In this document: piece by piece, positions 14,651 to 31,913 of the stretch | Layout of the letters: each line of letters begins with the position of its first letter | Position numbering within the stretch: position 1 is the first letter of the stretch | Assembly (NCBI GenBank): GCA_964016885.1 | Contig: OZ024749.1 | Span: forward strand, 44,454,001-44,518,000 | Reading direction: 5' to 3' | Origin: Eledone cirrhosa | Taxonomy: Eukaryota | DNA length: 64,000 nt | Notes under the pieces: model-generated | The model's database searches: none | What the model was told of the DNA's origin: nothing | What the model saw: the letters and a program-made list of their open reading frames with translations, nothing else | Translations under genes and position numbers: made by a program

Positions 14651-15984
14651 AGTAATTTATTAGGGAAAGCATATGTTAAATTACATTTGATTAGTTCGGT
14701 GGAGCAGACATGTCGGTAAACCGCAAAGTTTTAAAAGAAGTTGAGGAGAAATGAAAGTGAAGAGGGGGTAGGGTGAGGTTGGTGAGGTGAGGCTGATATG
14801 GAGAGTTGTGGGAGATGGAATGGGAGTGATGAACAGAAGCAGAAACAGTAGCAGCAGCAGCAGCAAGGGAGCAGGGGGAACAGGGGTATAGTAAGAAGAA
14901 AAAAGAAGTGGGTGAAGAAGATGGTGATTATGACGAAGACGAATAATAATAATAAGAAGATGAAGAAGAAGAAGGGGAAGGAGGAGAGGAGAAGGAGGCC
15001 AAGAAGAAGTTGGTGATGATAACGATAATGATGTTGATAATCATGATAATTATAACAATGATGATGATGATGATTATAATAAGGATGATGATGTTGAGTA
15101 TGATGATGATGATGAGTATGATGATGATTATGATAATGATGATGATGATGATGATGACATTTGATAAAAAAGAGTAATGTAAAACAATCACATAAGTAAT
15201 GAGGAATGAAATTAAGAAAAGACAATTGAAATAAAAAAACCCAGAAAAATCGAGAAAGAGTAAATGACAAAATGAAGGAGAGAAGAAAATTTGTAGAAAA
15301 TAAGAAAGGAAGAAAGAAAGAAAGAAACAAATGATAGACTAAAATATATGAGAAGACAGTAAACATAAATACGTAAACTAACAATGAGGGATGAAAAATA
15401 TGAAGGAAAGCTGGAACGAGTTGAGACAAAAGTGAATAAAGAACGGAGAAGGCTAAATATAATGCAAAAAATAAGGAAAAAACAAAGGTAATAAATAAAA
15501 TAAAGAAGGAATAATTGAAATCAAAGAAAAATGAAAAAAAAGGAGGAAAAGGAGAAATTATATTAATAATAATAATAATAATAATAATAAATTAATGAAA
15601 GAAGGGAAAGATGAAGGCCAAAAGTTAATATGAAAAATAAAAAAAAGATATTGTAAGAAAAATAAATAAATATATGTATAAAGAAAAAAGTTAAGAAAAG
15701 ATAAAAAGAAACATTAAGAAAGAAGGAAAAATTGATGATAAATAAAAAAAAAAAATAATAAGATGGAAAGAAGGAAAGCATCAAATAGATTCATTCGTTC
15801 CTTCCAAGTGGTTTAGTTGTGATGATGCCAATGGCGGCAATGACAGGTGATATGGTCTAGGCTACTATAAAACATCTGCCTGACCAAATGTGGCGTGAAC
15901 TACGGATGATGGCAGACGATAATAACGTCTCTCTTTCCCGCCCATAATATTGTCTCAAATCACACATCATATATACATACATAC

Positions 15985-16056
<72 letters not shown>

Positions 16057-16135
16057 ACACACATACCCATACCATTATATACATATGCATGGCTACATAC
16101 ATACTTACATATATATGTATCTATAGGGGTATATG

Positions 16136-16168
<33 letters not shown>

Positions 16169-16441
16169 TTGTGTGGTGTGAGTATATGTGTAAGTATATA
16201 TATATTTATATATATATACATACATACACACACACACACATATATATATGTATATGTATATATATATATATGTATATATATATGTATATATATATATATA
16301 TGTATATATATATGTATATATATATATGTATATATATATATATGTAAATATATATATACATACATATATATATACATATATATATATATGTGTATATATA
16401 TACATATATATATACATATATATATATGTGTATATATATAC

Positions 16442-16512
<71 letters not shown>

Positions 16513-16956
16513 GTATATATATATATCATGATCATCGTTTAGGCTGTAATATATATATACTATATATACATATATATGTATGATATGTATGTGTAAATGT
16601 ATGTATGTATATGTATGACTATATGTGTGTAAATATAAGTATATGTATGTATATATATACATATGTGTGTGTGTATGTATATGTGTGTGTGTGTGTACAT
16701 TGTAAACGTATGTATGCGTGAGCTTTAGTGTGTATATGAGTGCATGTTTCTGACTGCATGTTAATATATATCATAATATATATACATATGTGTATATATG
16801 CGTGCTTCTGTATGTTCGTATGTGAGGTATATGTGCGTTTGTATTCACATATATATACCGAAACAGATTTGCTGCCACACACTAGCAGTAGCAACAACAA
16901 CAACAAGAACAAAACCATGACGGATAATAGCTGCAAATATATATATATATATATAT

Positions 16957-17157
16957 AACGAAGGAAATGTGGTAAGGAACCAGGTGGACCATAACGCACC
17001 AAAGTACTCAATACTTAGGGTAGTAGAGTGGGTAATAGGAACGAGTAACACCCCGACGGCTGAGCTCAAGCCGTTTCGACGGCTAATTCTGGACTATTTT
17101 TAGTCCAGAATTAGCCGTCGAAACGGCTTGAGCTCAGCCGTCGGGGTCTTACTCGTT

Positions 17158-17162
<5 letters not shown>
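16957..17162 (-). mobile_element. Hairpin family A copy 4 (best preserved)
   Basis: 62-bp arms 17035-17096 / 17101-17162, TTTT loop, one mismatch; tail 16957-17034; (TA)n on both sides. Confidence 0.9.
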
Positions 17163-17218
<56 letters not shown>

Positions 17219-17269
17219 ATAATATTAAATTCAAATCTTAATAAAATAGGTGTTCTTGTGATCAATTAA

Positions 17270-17335
17270 ATTTTATTATACATATTTCAGAGGTACGTGA
17301 ATCAGGTTCAAAAGTACGTCCTTATCAGATAAAAT
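17270..17335 (-). ncRNA. Hammerhead motif with uncompensated G8>A (CTGATAA), related to the 9132 motif; probably inactive
   Basis: Minus strand: ATTTTAT CTGATAA [GGACGTAC...GTACCTCT] GAA ATATGTAT A ATAAAAT. Confidence 0.6.
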
Positions 17336-17489
17336 AAAATGATACATGACATACCCTGAGATGTTAGATGGTTAAGATTTAATCAAGGTAGTCTACCTTG
17401 ATTAAATTATATTAATAACTGTGGAAAATACTTCTTGTAGAGTACTTCCAATCTACTGTAAAACTTCTACAAGACTAGAAGTATTTCAG

Positions 17490-17541
17490 GGCTTTCCTGA
17501 TGATTTCCTCCGAATGAAACAGTTCTAGTCCTATAGAAGCC
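17490..17541 (+). ncRNA. Hammerhead motif
   Basis: GGCTTTC CTGATGA T TTC-CTCC-GAA T GAA ACAG-TTCTAGTC-CTAT A GAAGCC; the related half-copy at 56923 has CTGT, which restores stem III; partial inverted copy at 17464-17488. Confidence 0.55.
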
Positions 17542-19160
<1,619 letters not shown>

Positions 19161-19555
19161 CATATATAAATACACATATATATAGAGGTCAAGTATTTTG
19201 TCCTCAATTTTTTCGATATTTTATCACACGTATGTGCCGACAGATTTTGAGTTCGTTTTCAATATTTTCATCAGATATATGGGAATTTATCATATTTGGG
19301 TGCCCTGATTGTTGTATAATTTTCGGGAGTATTTTGAATAAATCTTGAGTTGTTATGACCTACAAGGATTGGTTCTATTCTCTGTTTGTTACTCTCATCC
19401 CCCCCTCATCTCTCACCGCCCCCCCCCATTGTTGTGATTCCTGAGCAAACTCCCCTGTGCAAAGTTTTCTTAAAGAATGTCCAGCGATCACTTTGTTATG
19501 CGTTACCAGAAAACAACAACAACAACTACCACAACTACTACTACTACTACTACTG

Positions 19556-19599
<44 letters not shown>

Positions 19600-19606
19600 G
19601 CTGCTG

Positions 19607-19690
<84 letters not shown>

Positions 19691-19859
19691 TAGTAGTAAT
19701 GCCAGTAATCACACGTTTGTATACAGAGCTTGGTCTGTTCAGAATAAAAGTTTACATTGTTGATTGTCATTAAAAACAACGTAAGATGCGTCAAATATCA
19801 ATTCTACACATATATACACACACTATATATACATATACATATATATATATATAAATATA

Positions 19860-19891
<32 letters not shown>

Positions 19892-20259
19892 TGTATATAT
19901 ATATACATATATATATACATATATATATAAGTATATATATTCATACACACATAAATATATGAATATATAAATATATATATATATACACATATATATATAT
20001 ATACATGTATGTATGTATATATATATATATATATACACACATACACACACATATATATCTATATATACATATATATACACATGCATACTTACTACGTACC
20101 TAGCTACATACATACTTATATGCATAAACACATTTCTACTTACCTACATACAGATTACAGATACAGCCATACAAACACATATATACATACAGAAGTACAT
20201 ACCTATATGGATATACACATATCTACCTGCCTACCTACCTACATACCTACTCATTTACC

Positions 20260-20990
20260 TACATATATACGTACATACACACACGTACCTACATACATAC
20301 ACATACCCACATACATACAAACATACTAGTACATATACATATATACAAACATACATACTATCACACACATATACATGCACATATTTTTCTTCATACATAC
20401 ATCCACTCTTGCATACATACGCTCAATTTACCTACATATATACGTACATACACACACCTACCTACATACATACACATTCCCACATACATACAAACATACT
20501 AGTACATATACATATATACAAACATACATACTATCACACACATATACATACACATATTTTTCTTCATACATGCATCCACTCTTGCATACACACGCTCAAT
20601 TTACCTACATATATACGTACATACACACACCTACCTACATACATACACATTCCCACATACATACAAACATACTAGTACATATACATATATACAAACATAC
20701 ATACTATCACACACATATACATACACATATTTTTCTTCATACATGCATCCACTCTTGCATACAAACGCTCAATTTACCTACATATATACGTACATACACA
20801 CACCTACCTACATACATACACATACCCACATACATACAAACATACTAGTACATATACATATATACAAACATACATACTATCACACACATATACATACACA
20901 TATTTTTCTTCATACATGCATCCACTCTTGCATACAAACGCTCAATTTACCTACATATATACGTACATACACACACGTACCTACATACAC
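20260..20990. repeat. 173-bp minisatellite, ~4 copies, built from (CATA)-like sequence
   Basis: CATCCACTCTTGCATAC recurs at ~20400, 20573, 20746 and 20919. Confidence 0.9.
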
Positions 20991-21585
20991 ACAAATGCTT
21001 ACGTACATACAAAGATACTCGTATCACACACACATATACATACACATATATTTGTTCATACATACTTGCATTCTTACATATATACAAACATACATACTAT
21101 CACACAGGCATATACATACGCATAATTTTCTTCATACTACAAGCATTTTTGCATACACACACCCATACATACATACATACACTCATACATACATACCTAT
21201 GTTAGAAAATACAATAAACCAATATTTCACACATACACACATACATAAATACATAGACACATACATACACACATACATACACACATACATACTTATCTAC
21301 TTGCAATGGTTTCAGCCTGAGAGCTGCGGACACTAGAAGCAAAATATGTGTGATCTTCATTCTTTTCTTCAGGGCAATATCATGGCGTCGGGAGCGAAGC
21401 GGAAATCCAATTCGAAGATAGAGTAAAGGAATCGCTAAACCGGAAACTTCCCTCTACACTGAAGCGAATAACACATACAGTCGTAATGTTTATTGCATGT
21501 AAAGGCTTCTCTTAAAAATTTCAACATTAGCTGCTTACTAAGCTTTTTTTAAAAAAGTAATAAATACTAAATACATAGAAACATA

Positions 21586-21647
<62 letters not shown>

Positions 21648-21696
21648 ATCCGTCGAAATATATATAATAAAATAAATATGGTTTTATTAATATTAT

Positions 21697-21743
<47 letters not shown>

Positions 21744-21744
21744 A

Positions 21745-21784
<40 letters not shown>

Positions 21785-21873
21785 ATATATGTATGTGTAT
21801 ATATATACACATACATATATACACATACATATATACACATACATATAATAGTGTGTCTGTACAGATATTCTTC

Positions 21874-21916
<43 letters not shown>

Positions 21917-22742
21917 TTCTGCAAAATAGTGGATATATATCGTTGTATTTAAACATATATTGTTGTGTTTTGGAAGGGTCATATTTTCCAAGTATAACGA
22001 ATGCATTGGTATTTTTTACTTTACTATGTTTTTCACGAATTAGATAATTAGTAAATCAATGAGTTTCTTTATTGGTTTGACCATGTTTTTCGTCCCACTA
22101 TGTGAAGAATTTGATTATTAGTAGAATGGTCTTCTCCGTATTCATACTTACTGAATGATCTTTGTACAATTGTAAGAACTTCATGGGGAAGGGCCTTTTT
22201 CGTGAGAATGGTCAGGGTAATCAGGGAAGTCTGAATGACTATTTACATTACTTACTTTCACCCGAACTTTCAGTGACTGTTTACACTTCGTTACTCGCTG
22301 AATGTGGTTTGCCACTCTATTCAGAATTTCTTCCTGGAGCTATTGTCATAACCCTCCCTAAAAGCTCATTATCCAGATGCTTGTTTCAGTGGCAGAAACT
22401 GCCCTTCCACGTGGAATTACCTTTCCAAGTGGTGAGTTGTGGAAATTTTGACATGTCACGCCGTTAATGCAGACTCATGTTACCTCCAAATATTTCCCCA
22501 GAATGGAGGTGATCACCATTATTTCCAATTTGTCCATCACTTTGGCCCCAATGTATTCCAAGTAGTGAGACATAGATCTCGTGATTTCATGTTTGAACGC
22601 GATGTTCCTCAATATGACCAAACACTGATAGGAAGAGTCTATTACCAACGTTACTTAAGGGAGGACAATTGCACACAATGAAGCAGTTTCGAGGATCACA
22701 GAAGCCGATAATAAATATTTATATATGTGAATGTATAGTATA

Positions 22743-23140
22743 CTGGAGAGAAATGAAGCAAGCATGCTCCGTTGGATGTGCAATGTCAATGTGCGTGAAC
22801 GACCAAGCATAGATGAGTTGAGAGAGAAACTGGGTATACAAGGGATAAGTTGTGGTGTGCAGGAGAGAAGGCTGAGATGGTATGGCCATGTGATGCGCAT
22901 GGAGGATGACCAGTGGGTAAAGAAGTGCCAAGAAATCCCAGTAGAAGGAAGACGCAGTAGAGGAAGACCACCAAAAAACATGGGCGGAGGTGTTGAGAGC
23001 AGACCTCAGATCGCTGAAACTCACGGAGGAGATGACGAAGGACCGTGACAAGTGGAGAGATGCTGCGCTGAATATGATCCGTCCCACCCTTGCAAACAGG
23101 GAAAGGTGGGCGTAAAATGATGACGATGATGATGATGATG

Positions 23141-23141
<1 letters not shown>
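22743..23141 (+). mobile_element. 5'-truncated RTE-clade LINE 3' end with frameshift and (GAT)n tail
   Basis: LERNEASMLRWMCNV...RRLRWYGHVMRM...VEGRRSRGRPPK, then after an A-run frameshift TWAEVLRADL...DRDKWR; stop TAA near 23113; typical RTE C-terminal motifs. Confidence 0.9.
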
Positions 23142-23181
<40 letters not shown>

Positions 23182-23264
23182 GTAATCACAGTAGAGAACA
23201 TGATTATCGTGTTCAGGATGCTGGATGGGATCAAGTATGGTGAGGACGTTGAATGTATTCACGA

Positions 23265-23276
23265 TAGTGATGATGT

Positions 23277-23308
<32 letters not shown>

Positions 23309-23733
23309 GCGATGATGGTGATGACGATAATGATGATGATGACGATGATGTTGTTGTTGATGTTGACGATGTTGACGATGTTGACGTTGATGTTGATGAT
23401 GATGATGGTGGTTATCATGATGATGATGGTGACAGTTATGAATACGCCACTAATGCTGTTGCTGCTGCTACTGATGATGATGAAGACGAGGGTGATGATG
23501 ATGATGATGATGATGGTGATGATGATGGTGATGATGATTATCATGATAGTGATGGTGATGGATGATAGTTATCAATATACAGCTGATGCTGCTGTTGCTA
23601 CTGAAGATGATGATGATGATGATGATGATGCTGATGATGGTAGTGATGCTGATGATGATGATGGTGATGATGATTGTCATCGTGTTGGTGATGATGATGA
23701 TGATGATGATGATAGTTATCAATACACCGCTGC

Positions 23734-23765
<32 letters not shown>

Positions 23766-24007
23766 ATGATAACCGGAAGTCACCTACAATGCTTCCTTGT
23801 AATATATTTTTTAAGGCTTTTTCTTCATAATTTCACTGTCTTCAGTGATGCATGTTTGAGGCGATGGAATTCCATTTCCACTCCAGCATCATCATCATCA
23901 TCATCACCATCATCATCATCATCGTCATCATCGTCATCATCGTCATCATCAGCATCATCGTCATCATCGTCTTCGGCATCATCATCATCATCATCACCAA
24001 CACGATA

Positions 24008-24067
<60 letters not shown>

Positions 24068-24216
24068 TTCAGTAGCAACAGCAGCATCAGCTGTATATTG
24101 ATAACTATCATCATCACCATCACTATCATGATAATCATCATCATCATCATCATCATCATCACCCTCGTCTTCCTCATCATCAGCAGCAGCATTAGTGGTG
24201 TATTCATAACTATCAC

Positions 24217-24275
<59 letters not shown>

Positions 24276-24400
24276 ACATCAACGTCAACATCGTCAACAT
24301 TATCAACATCAACAACATCGTCATCATCACCATCATCATCATCATCTTCGTCATTATCATCACCATCATGATCATGATCATGATCATCATCACCATCATC
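23265..24400. repeat. Inverted duplication of a degenerate (GAT)n block
   Basis: Unique interruptions (e.g. GATAGTTATCAATATACAGCTGATGCTGCTGTTGCTACTGAAGATG, ~23565-23610) recur as reverse complement at ~24063-24110 in mirrored order. Confidence 0.85.
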
Positions 24401-24536
24401 ATTATCTTCGTCATCATCATCACCAGCATCACCAGCATCATCTCTATCATCTTCATTATCATCATCACTACCATTAACATCATCATCACCATCAACACTC
24501 ACATCATCCATGTAACAGTCAACGTAAAATTAAATT

Positions 24537-24592
<56 letters not shown>

Positions 24593-24614
24593 GCTGCTGC
24601 TGCTACTACTGCTG

Positions 24615-24687
<73 letters not shown>

Positions 24688-24742
24688 TACTACTACCACC
24701 ACCACCACCACCACCACCACCACCACTACTACTACTACTGCA

Positions 24743-24803
<61 letters not shown>

Positions 24804-25106
24804 CATTCCATTCCATGAACTACTTTATATTGTTTTAAAATTGTCTTGTATTTTTCAATCGATTCTACAGCTGCAGGCTCTCTGAACACTCTGCACTGCA
24901 TATAGCATACTGCATACTGCACATAGCATACTGCACACTGCACTTTGCATACACGATGTCTTTGAAACAGGAAGCTAGAACACAGACAAGGTTTCTTCTG
25001 TTTTAAACGAAACAACTGGAGTGCATTCTTTGCATGAGTGCATCAATAACATGTTTGTCTTCTATGCAGTCAGTTTTGTAACTCAATGAATTTATGTTTT
25101 TAAATA

Positions 25107-25146
<40 letters not shown>

Positions 25147-25205
25147 TATATCTGTGTGTGTGTATGTATATATATATATATATATATATATGAATATGTA
25201 TGTAC

Positions 25206-25258
<53 letters not shown>

Positions 25259-25308
25259 TATATATACTTATCTGTGTGTGTGTATGTATATATATATATA
25301 TATATATA

Positions 25309-25342
<34 letters not shown>

Positions 25343-25389
25343 TATGTATGTACGTATATATATATATATATATATGAATATGTATGTAC

Positions 25390-25465
<76 letters not shown>

Positions 25466-25689
25466 ATGTTTGTGTGTATATGTACATTCATAAATACATA
25501 CTTTCATGTATATATATACACACATATATTCATATGCATTACTTATAGACATACGATTCACAGGTGCAGGCCCGTATATGTATATACCCAGGTACACACA
25601 CACACACACACATATGTATTTGAATGTGTGTTTGTATGTAATTACCTAATCAATAGTAAATTCTTGAAAACATTGCGAAGACGATAATA

Positions 25690-25880
25690 GTGAGGAAATT
25701 GCCTTGCTCTTATAGGGTCGGACGCCATGCTTTGACGTATAGAGTTACGGCCCTTGCCATTCTGAGTTCAAATCCCGCCAAGGTTAACTTTGCCTTTCAT
25801 CCTTACGGGGTCGATAAAATAAAGTACCAGTAATGCACTGTGTAATTCTGGCCTTGTGCCTAAAGTAGAAACAATTATTA
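25690..25880 (+). mobile_element. SINE family 1, near full length
   Basis: GAGTTCAAATCCCGCCAAGGTTAACTTTGCCTTTCATCCTTACGGGGTCGATAAAATAAAGTACCAG. Confidence 0.85.
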
Positions 25881-25904
25881 TGTTTACCTTTAGTTATATA
25901 TTTA

Positions 25905-26095
<191 letters not shown>

Positions 26096-26303
26096 AACCA
26101 CCACCATGACCTTATAATTCAAAGACCAACCTTGGCCCACACTGAATTACAATGATAACTACGTTATGGGTTCACAGTACACTTGTCTATAGAATGCTTA
26201 GACACTTGTACGCTAATATCACGGGTAGGCGGTTTCATCGATCAAATCAAATAGAACTCTCGTCGTCGAAACAGACCGAGGTCCAACACACATACGCAGA
26301 GAT

Positions 26304-26399
26304 TTATATACTCAGATCCAATGGAAGCATAACTGGCTGATCGCTGGGCCTACCAGAACTTGTTGTTGGTATATCTCCTCTGGTAGGACTGATGTGAAA
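26304..26399 (-). CDS. Possible terminal coding exon FHISPTRGDIPTTSSGRPSDQPVMLPLDLSI*
   Basis: Polypyrimidine tract plus CAG acceptor at 26400-26402 (minus); phase-0 open frame of 31 codons ending in PLDLS; no other exon identified. Confidence 0.3.
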   Translation of the reverse strand, partial: FHISPTRGDIPTTSSGRPSDQPVMLPLDLSI

Positions 26400-26492
26400 C
26401 TGAAGAAGAAGGAGAAGAAGAAAAGGAGGAGAAGGGGCAAAATAATAATAATGATAATAATAATGATAATATTATTTATTATTAATAATAAT

Positions 26493-26587
26493 GGGTTCTT
26501 TATTAACCACAAGGGTTGACACAAAGTATAACATTAAAGACAACACAGGACAATACAGGACGGTACAAATGGGCATTTCTGCGTTTA
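26493..26587 (-). mobile_element. Very short LINE (Tx1-like) 3' end in (AAT)n
   Basis: TTTATTAACCACAAGGG...ACAGGACGGTAC matches 35062-35124; the minus strand ends CCCTTGTGGTTAATAAAGAA, like 54180-54200. Confidence 0.55.
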
Positions 26588-26727
26588 TTATTAGTAATAA
26601 TAATAATAAGAAAAAGAAGTAGGAAGAGAAAAAGTAGAAGAAACGAAGAAGAAGAGGAAGTGGAGGCGGAGAAGGAGGAGAACAAGGTGAAGAAGAAGAA
26701 GAGGAAGAAGAAGAAACGAAGAAGAAA

Positions 26728-26758
<31 letters not shown>

Positions 26759-27347
26759 AGAAGACAAATCTGCAATAGATAGACTAACAACAACACCAAC
26801 AGCAAACATGAGCAAAAAAATCTTTAAAAAAAAATTATAAAAATAAGAAAAAATTCAGAAAATGCTTTTCAAACGACCACGACGATAGTCTTTCATTTTT
26901 GTATGACAATGGAATACTTGTCGTTGTATGTAATGAACAAATCAGTATTCCTGATAAAACTTGAAAGAAGATCACCTTTTGGTCCATTTATAGAAAAATC
27001 AATATATACACTGCAATATCAATAAACAATAATAACTAATATAATCAAGAATCTTCACAAGAGATACAAGAAAATCAACAACAGGAACAACAAGAACAAC
27101 AAAATAACTTCTTCAGAAGCAGCCCAAGAATGAAGAAAAATAATAAGTGTAATATATTAACAGAAATAATAAATTAATACTTTCGTGAACAACAAAGAAA
27201 TTAACCAACACTACAGCTAGAAAAATCAAACACAACGATATATATATACATATATACAAGCATATATATATTATACATACATATATATAATATATATATT
27301 ATATATTATTTATATATATATATTATATATATATATATACATACATA

Positions 27348-27415
<68 letters not shown>

Positions 27416-27483
27416 CACATAATAAATATATATATATATTATAAATAAGATATATATGCCTTACATATATGTTATATATATAT

Positions 27484-27541
<58 letters not shown>

Positions 27542-27974
27542 CTCTCTCTCACACACACATACACACACACACACGCATATATATATATATGTATATATAC
27601 ATACATATATTCAGCTACACGAATTTGTGTATGAATATTCATAAATCGTTGTGCTAATCATAATTATATCTGACTGTGAATTACTCTTCACACGATTTAA
27701 TAAATTAAAAATTAAAAAATAAAAATAAGTAAAATGGCTACTCATTGTTATACCAGAAATTTCGTTATTTAATTTTACACACCACACAAAAATATATATA
27801 AATGCTTTTTTTGAATATTTTGCATTAAACTAATTAAGCAAAGGAATGCAAAATGTATGTATGTGCGTATATGCATACAGCCCTTCTCCTATACACACAT
27901 ATATGTTTATATATATATATATATTTATATGCGTATCTATCAGTATATATATATGTGTATATCTATATATATAT

Positions 27975-28023
<49 letters not shown>

Positions 28024-28181
28024 TATACATACATATATATGTGTATATATATATATATATATATACATATATACACATATATATACATACATATATATGT
28101 GTATATATATATATACATATATATACATATATATATATACATACATATATATATATGTGAATATATACATATATATATACG

Positions 28182-28245
<64 letters not shown>

Positions 28246-28634
28246 CACACACACATAAATGTCTTTAGTTTTGGAAGAGGGAAGAAAGAATTGCAAAGAG
28301 TGTAAGAGGGAGGGCGACCAGCAAAAAAGCCAGAAATATTATATATATGAATATGCACGTTAGCATAAATTTTACGATATAGCAAGCTAACGAAAATTAT
28401 GCAACAGTTTCGGAGTCTTTGTTAGTTTCGTTACCAAAAATTAACTCCAACATCAATGTAAATGTGATTTAAAGTAAACACTTGTTTTAACATAATAATT
28501 CAAACTTTGTCACATGGAACCGAAACTGCATGAGACACACGCGCTGAACAAAAGGTGATATTGTGTGTATGTATTATGTGTATTAAAACACATATATGTG
28601 TATCTATGTATGTGTGTATGTATTTATGTATGTG

Positions 28635-28694
<60 letters not shown>

Positions 28695-28735
28695 AATATA
28701 TATTTACATATGCATGTATACACACTGTCGCAAAT

Positions 28736-28816
<81 letters not shown>

Positions 28817-28821
28817 GCAGC

Positions 28822-28930
<109 letters not shown>

Positions 28931-28941
28931 GCAGCTACGTA

Positions 28942-28977
<36 letters not shown>

Positions 28978-29828
28978 CAACATTTAAGTCCCCAAACAAG
29001 CAAAAAAAAAAAAAAAAAATGAAAGCAAAGACATGACAAACAAGTAAAATAGTTCATAAAATTCATAAATATCTTAAAATTTATTCCTCGTTCTTTTCAT
29101 CATAGAACGTCTTATTATGACAATAACCCTTCACCTTACCCCGCCAACTATTACGGATTGTCTCAGCTGAATTTGCATATATTCACATATTTATTCGCTT
29201 CTTTGTTTTTGTTGTTGTCTCATTGTGATGTACGGTTTTGCTGTGAAAAACTCTGTTTTGCATGTTCATTCATTCAACTTCTCTGTTATCTATTGTATTT
29301 ACTAAATATCTCTTTCGTTTCAATATGTGATCTACGTGTTATGTATTGATATTTTTTATATTTATCCTCTTGGTTTTGTTTTGTTCTGAGTTGATATATA
29401 ACAACATCAAGGAACCAAATAATAATAATAAAATAAAAAATGTAATAAATATGATAGATCGATGAGTAAGCGAGAAGAAAAAATAAAAATAAAAATAATT
29501 AAAATATTGAGGTTCTTATTAACCCACAGAAATTTAATAAATTAAAGCAATACACCACGAAATTTAAAATATAAAATTTTAAAATGTAAGAAGTAATGTA
29601 AATATATGTAAAAAAAAAAATTACATACAGATACACAAACATCCACACACACATATATATATATGTATATATATCTGCATAAACGTATACACAGAGATAC
29701 ACACATTTACATATAGAGGCACACACTGGCACACATATACAATCCCACACCCACACAAATATACTCATCCAGACACAAACATATCAAAACAGAGACAGGC
29801 ACACACACACTCACACACATACACACAT

Positions 29829-29910
<82 letters not shown>

Positions 29911-30012
29911 ATGTAAATCTATGTAGGTGTGTATATAAATATATATATGTGTGTATGTATATATATATGTGTGTATATATATGTGTGTATATATATGTAT
30001 ATATATATTTAT

Positions 30013-30063
<51 letters not shown>

Positions 30064-30125
30064 TTATATATATATATAATATATATATATATAATATATG
30101 TATATATAATATATAAATATATATA

Positions 30126-30189
<64 letters not shown>

Positions 30190-30316
30190 AATATATATAA
30201 TATATATATATATACATATATATATATAAATATATATAATATATATATATATACATATATATATAAATATATATAATATATATATATATACATATATATA
30301 TATATGAATATATATA

Positions 30317-30414
<98 letters not shown>

Positions 30415-30459
30415 ATATATATATATATAATATATATATATATAATATATATATATAAT

Positions 30460-30543
<84 letters not shown>

Positions 30544-30577
30544 ATATATGTATAATATATATATATATATATATATA

Positions 30578-30608
<31 letters not shown>

Positions 30609-30694
30609 ATATATGTATAATATATATATATATATAATATATATATATACATATATATATATATAATATATATATATATATTACTATATATATA

Positions 30695-30758
<64 letters not shown>

Positions 30759-30833
30759 ATATATAGATATACATATATATATATATATATAATATATATA
30801 TATATATATACATATCTATATCTATATATCTAT

Positions 30834-30874
<41 letters not shown>

Positions 30875-30891
30875 TATCTCTATATATATCT

Positions 30892-31025
<134 letters not shown>

Positions 31026-31665
31026 GCGTACACAACCACATGTACAAAGAATAACGATTTTTTTTCCTTCTTTGTGGAAAATCGAAAGAATTGAAGAATT
31101 AACTGTCGAATATCTTACTGCAGCATTACTAAGAAAAAAGAATATTATACAAAGGAAATTATTATTTAAAAATTATTTTAAAAAAAAAAGAATTTAAAAA
31201 CGTCAAAAATATTTAACGTCACAGAAATGTTTTGCATTTTGTTTACGTGAATTTTACATACTAAATTATGATTTATTTATTGCATATTTAATTTATTTAT
31301 TATTAATATTATTATTTTTTGTAATTATCGTTGTTACTGTTATAATAATAATAACAACAGCAACAACAAAAATAGCATAAATAATAACAACAATAATGAT
31401 GAGGGTGACAATGATGATGACGATAATTATACTAATGATATTATTAGTAATAATAATAATAATAATGATAATAATAATGATAATAATAATTGTAATAATA
31501 TGTTATTATTGTTGTTGTTTCACTTGTTTTACTGTTGTTGTATTCGCTTTTATTAATAGTTTTTTTCAATTTCTATAAAATTAATTTCTGTTTAAAATTT
31601 ATCATGCAAGATTTTTCCAATTGAAATGACTCTTGTATTCCTGGATACGATATTTGTCATATTTT

Positions 31666-31913
<248 letters not shown>

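Noticed and set aside
19250-19275. CTGATGA...GAAA on the minus strand
   Set aside because: Only 7 nt lie between the core boxes and there is no stem III or stem I pairing
21355-21430. Acceptor-like TTTTCTTCAG followed by ATGGCG
   Set aside because: The frame closes after 14 codons and nothing else supports an exon
23200-24838. Asp-rich 'aspein-like' ORFs
   Set aside because: (GAT)n microsatellite with an inverted duplication; frames are broken between the two arms
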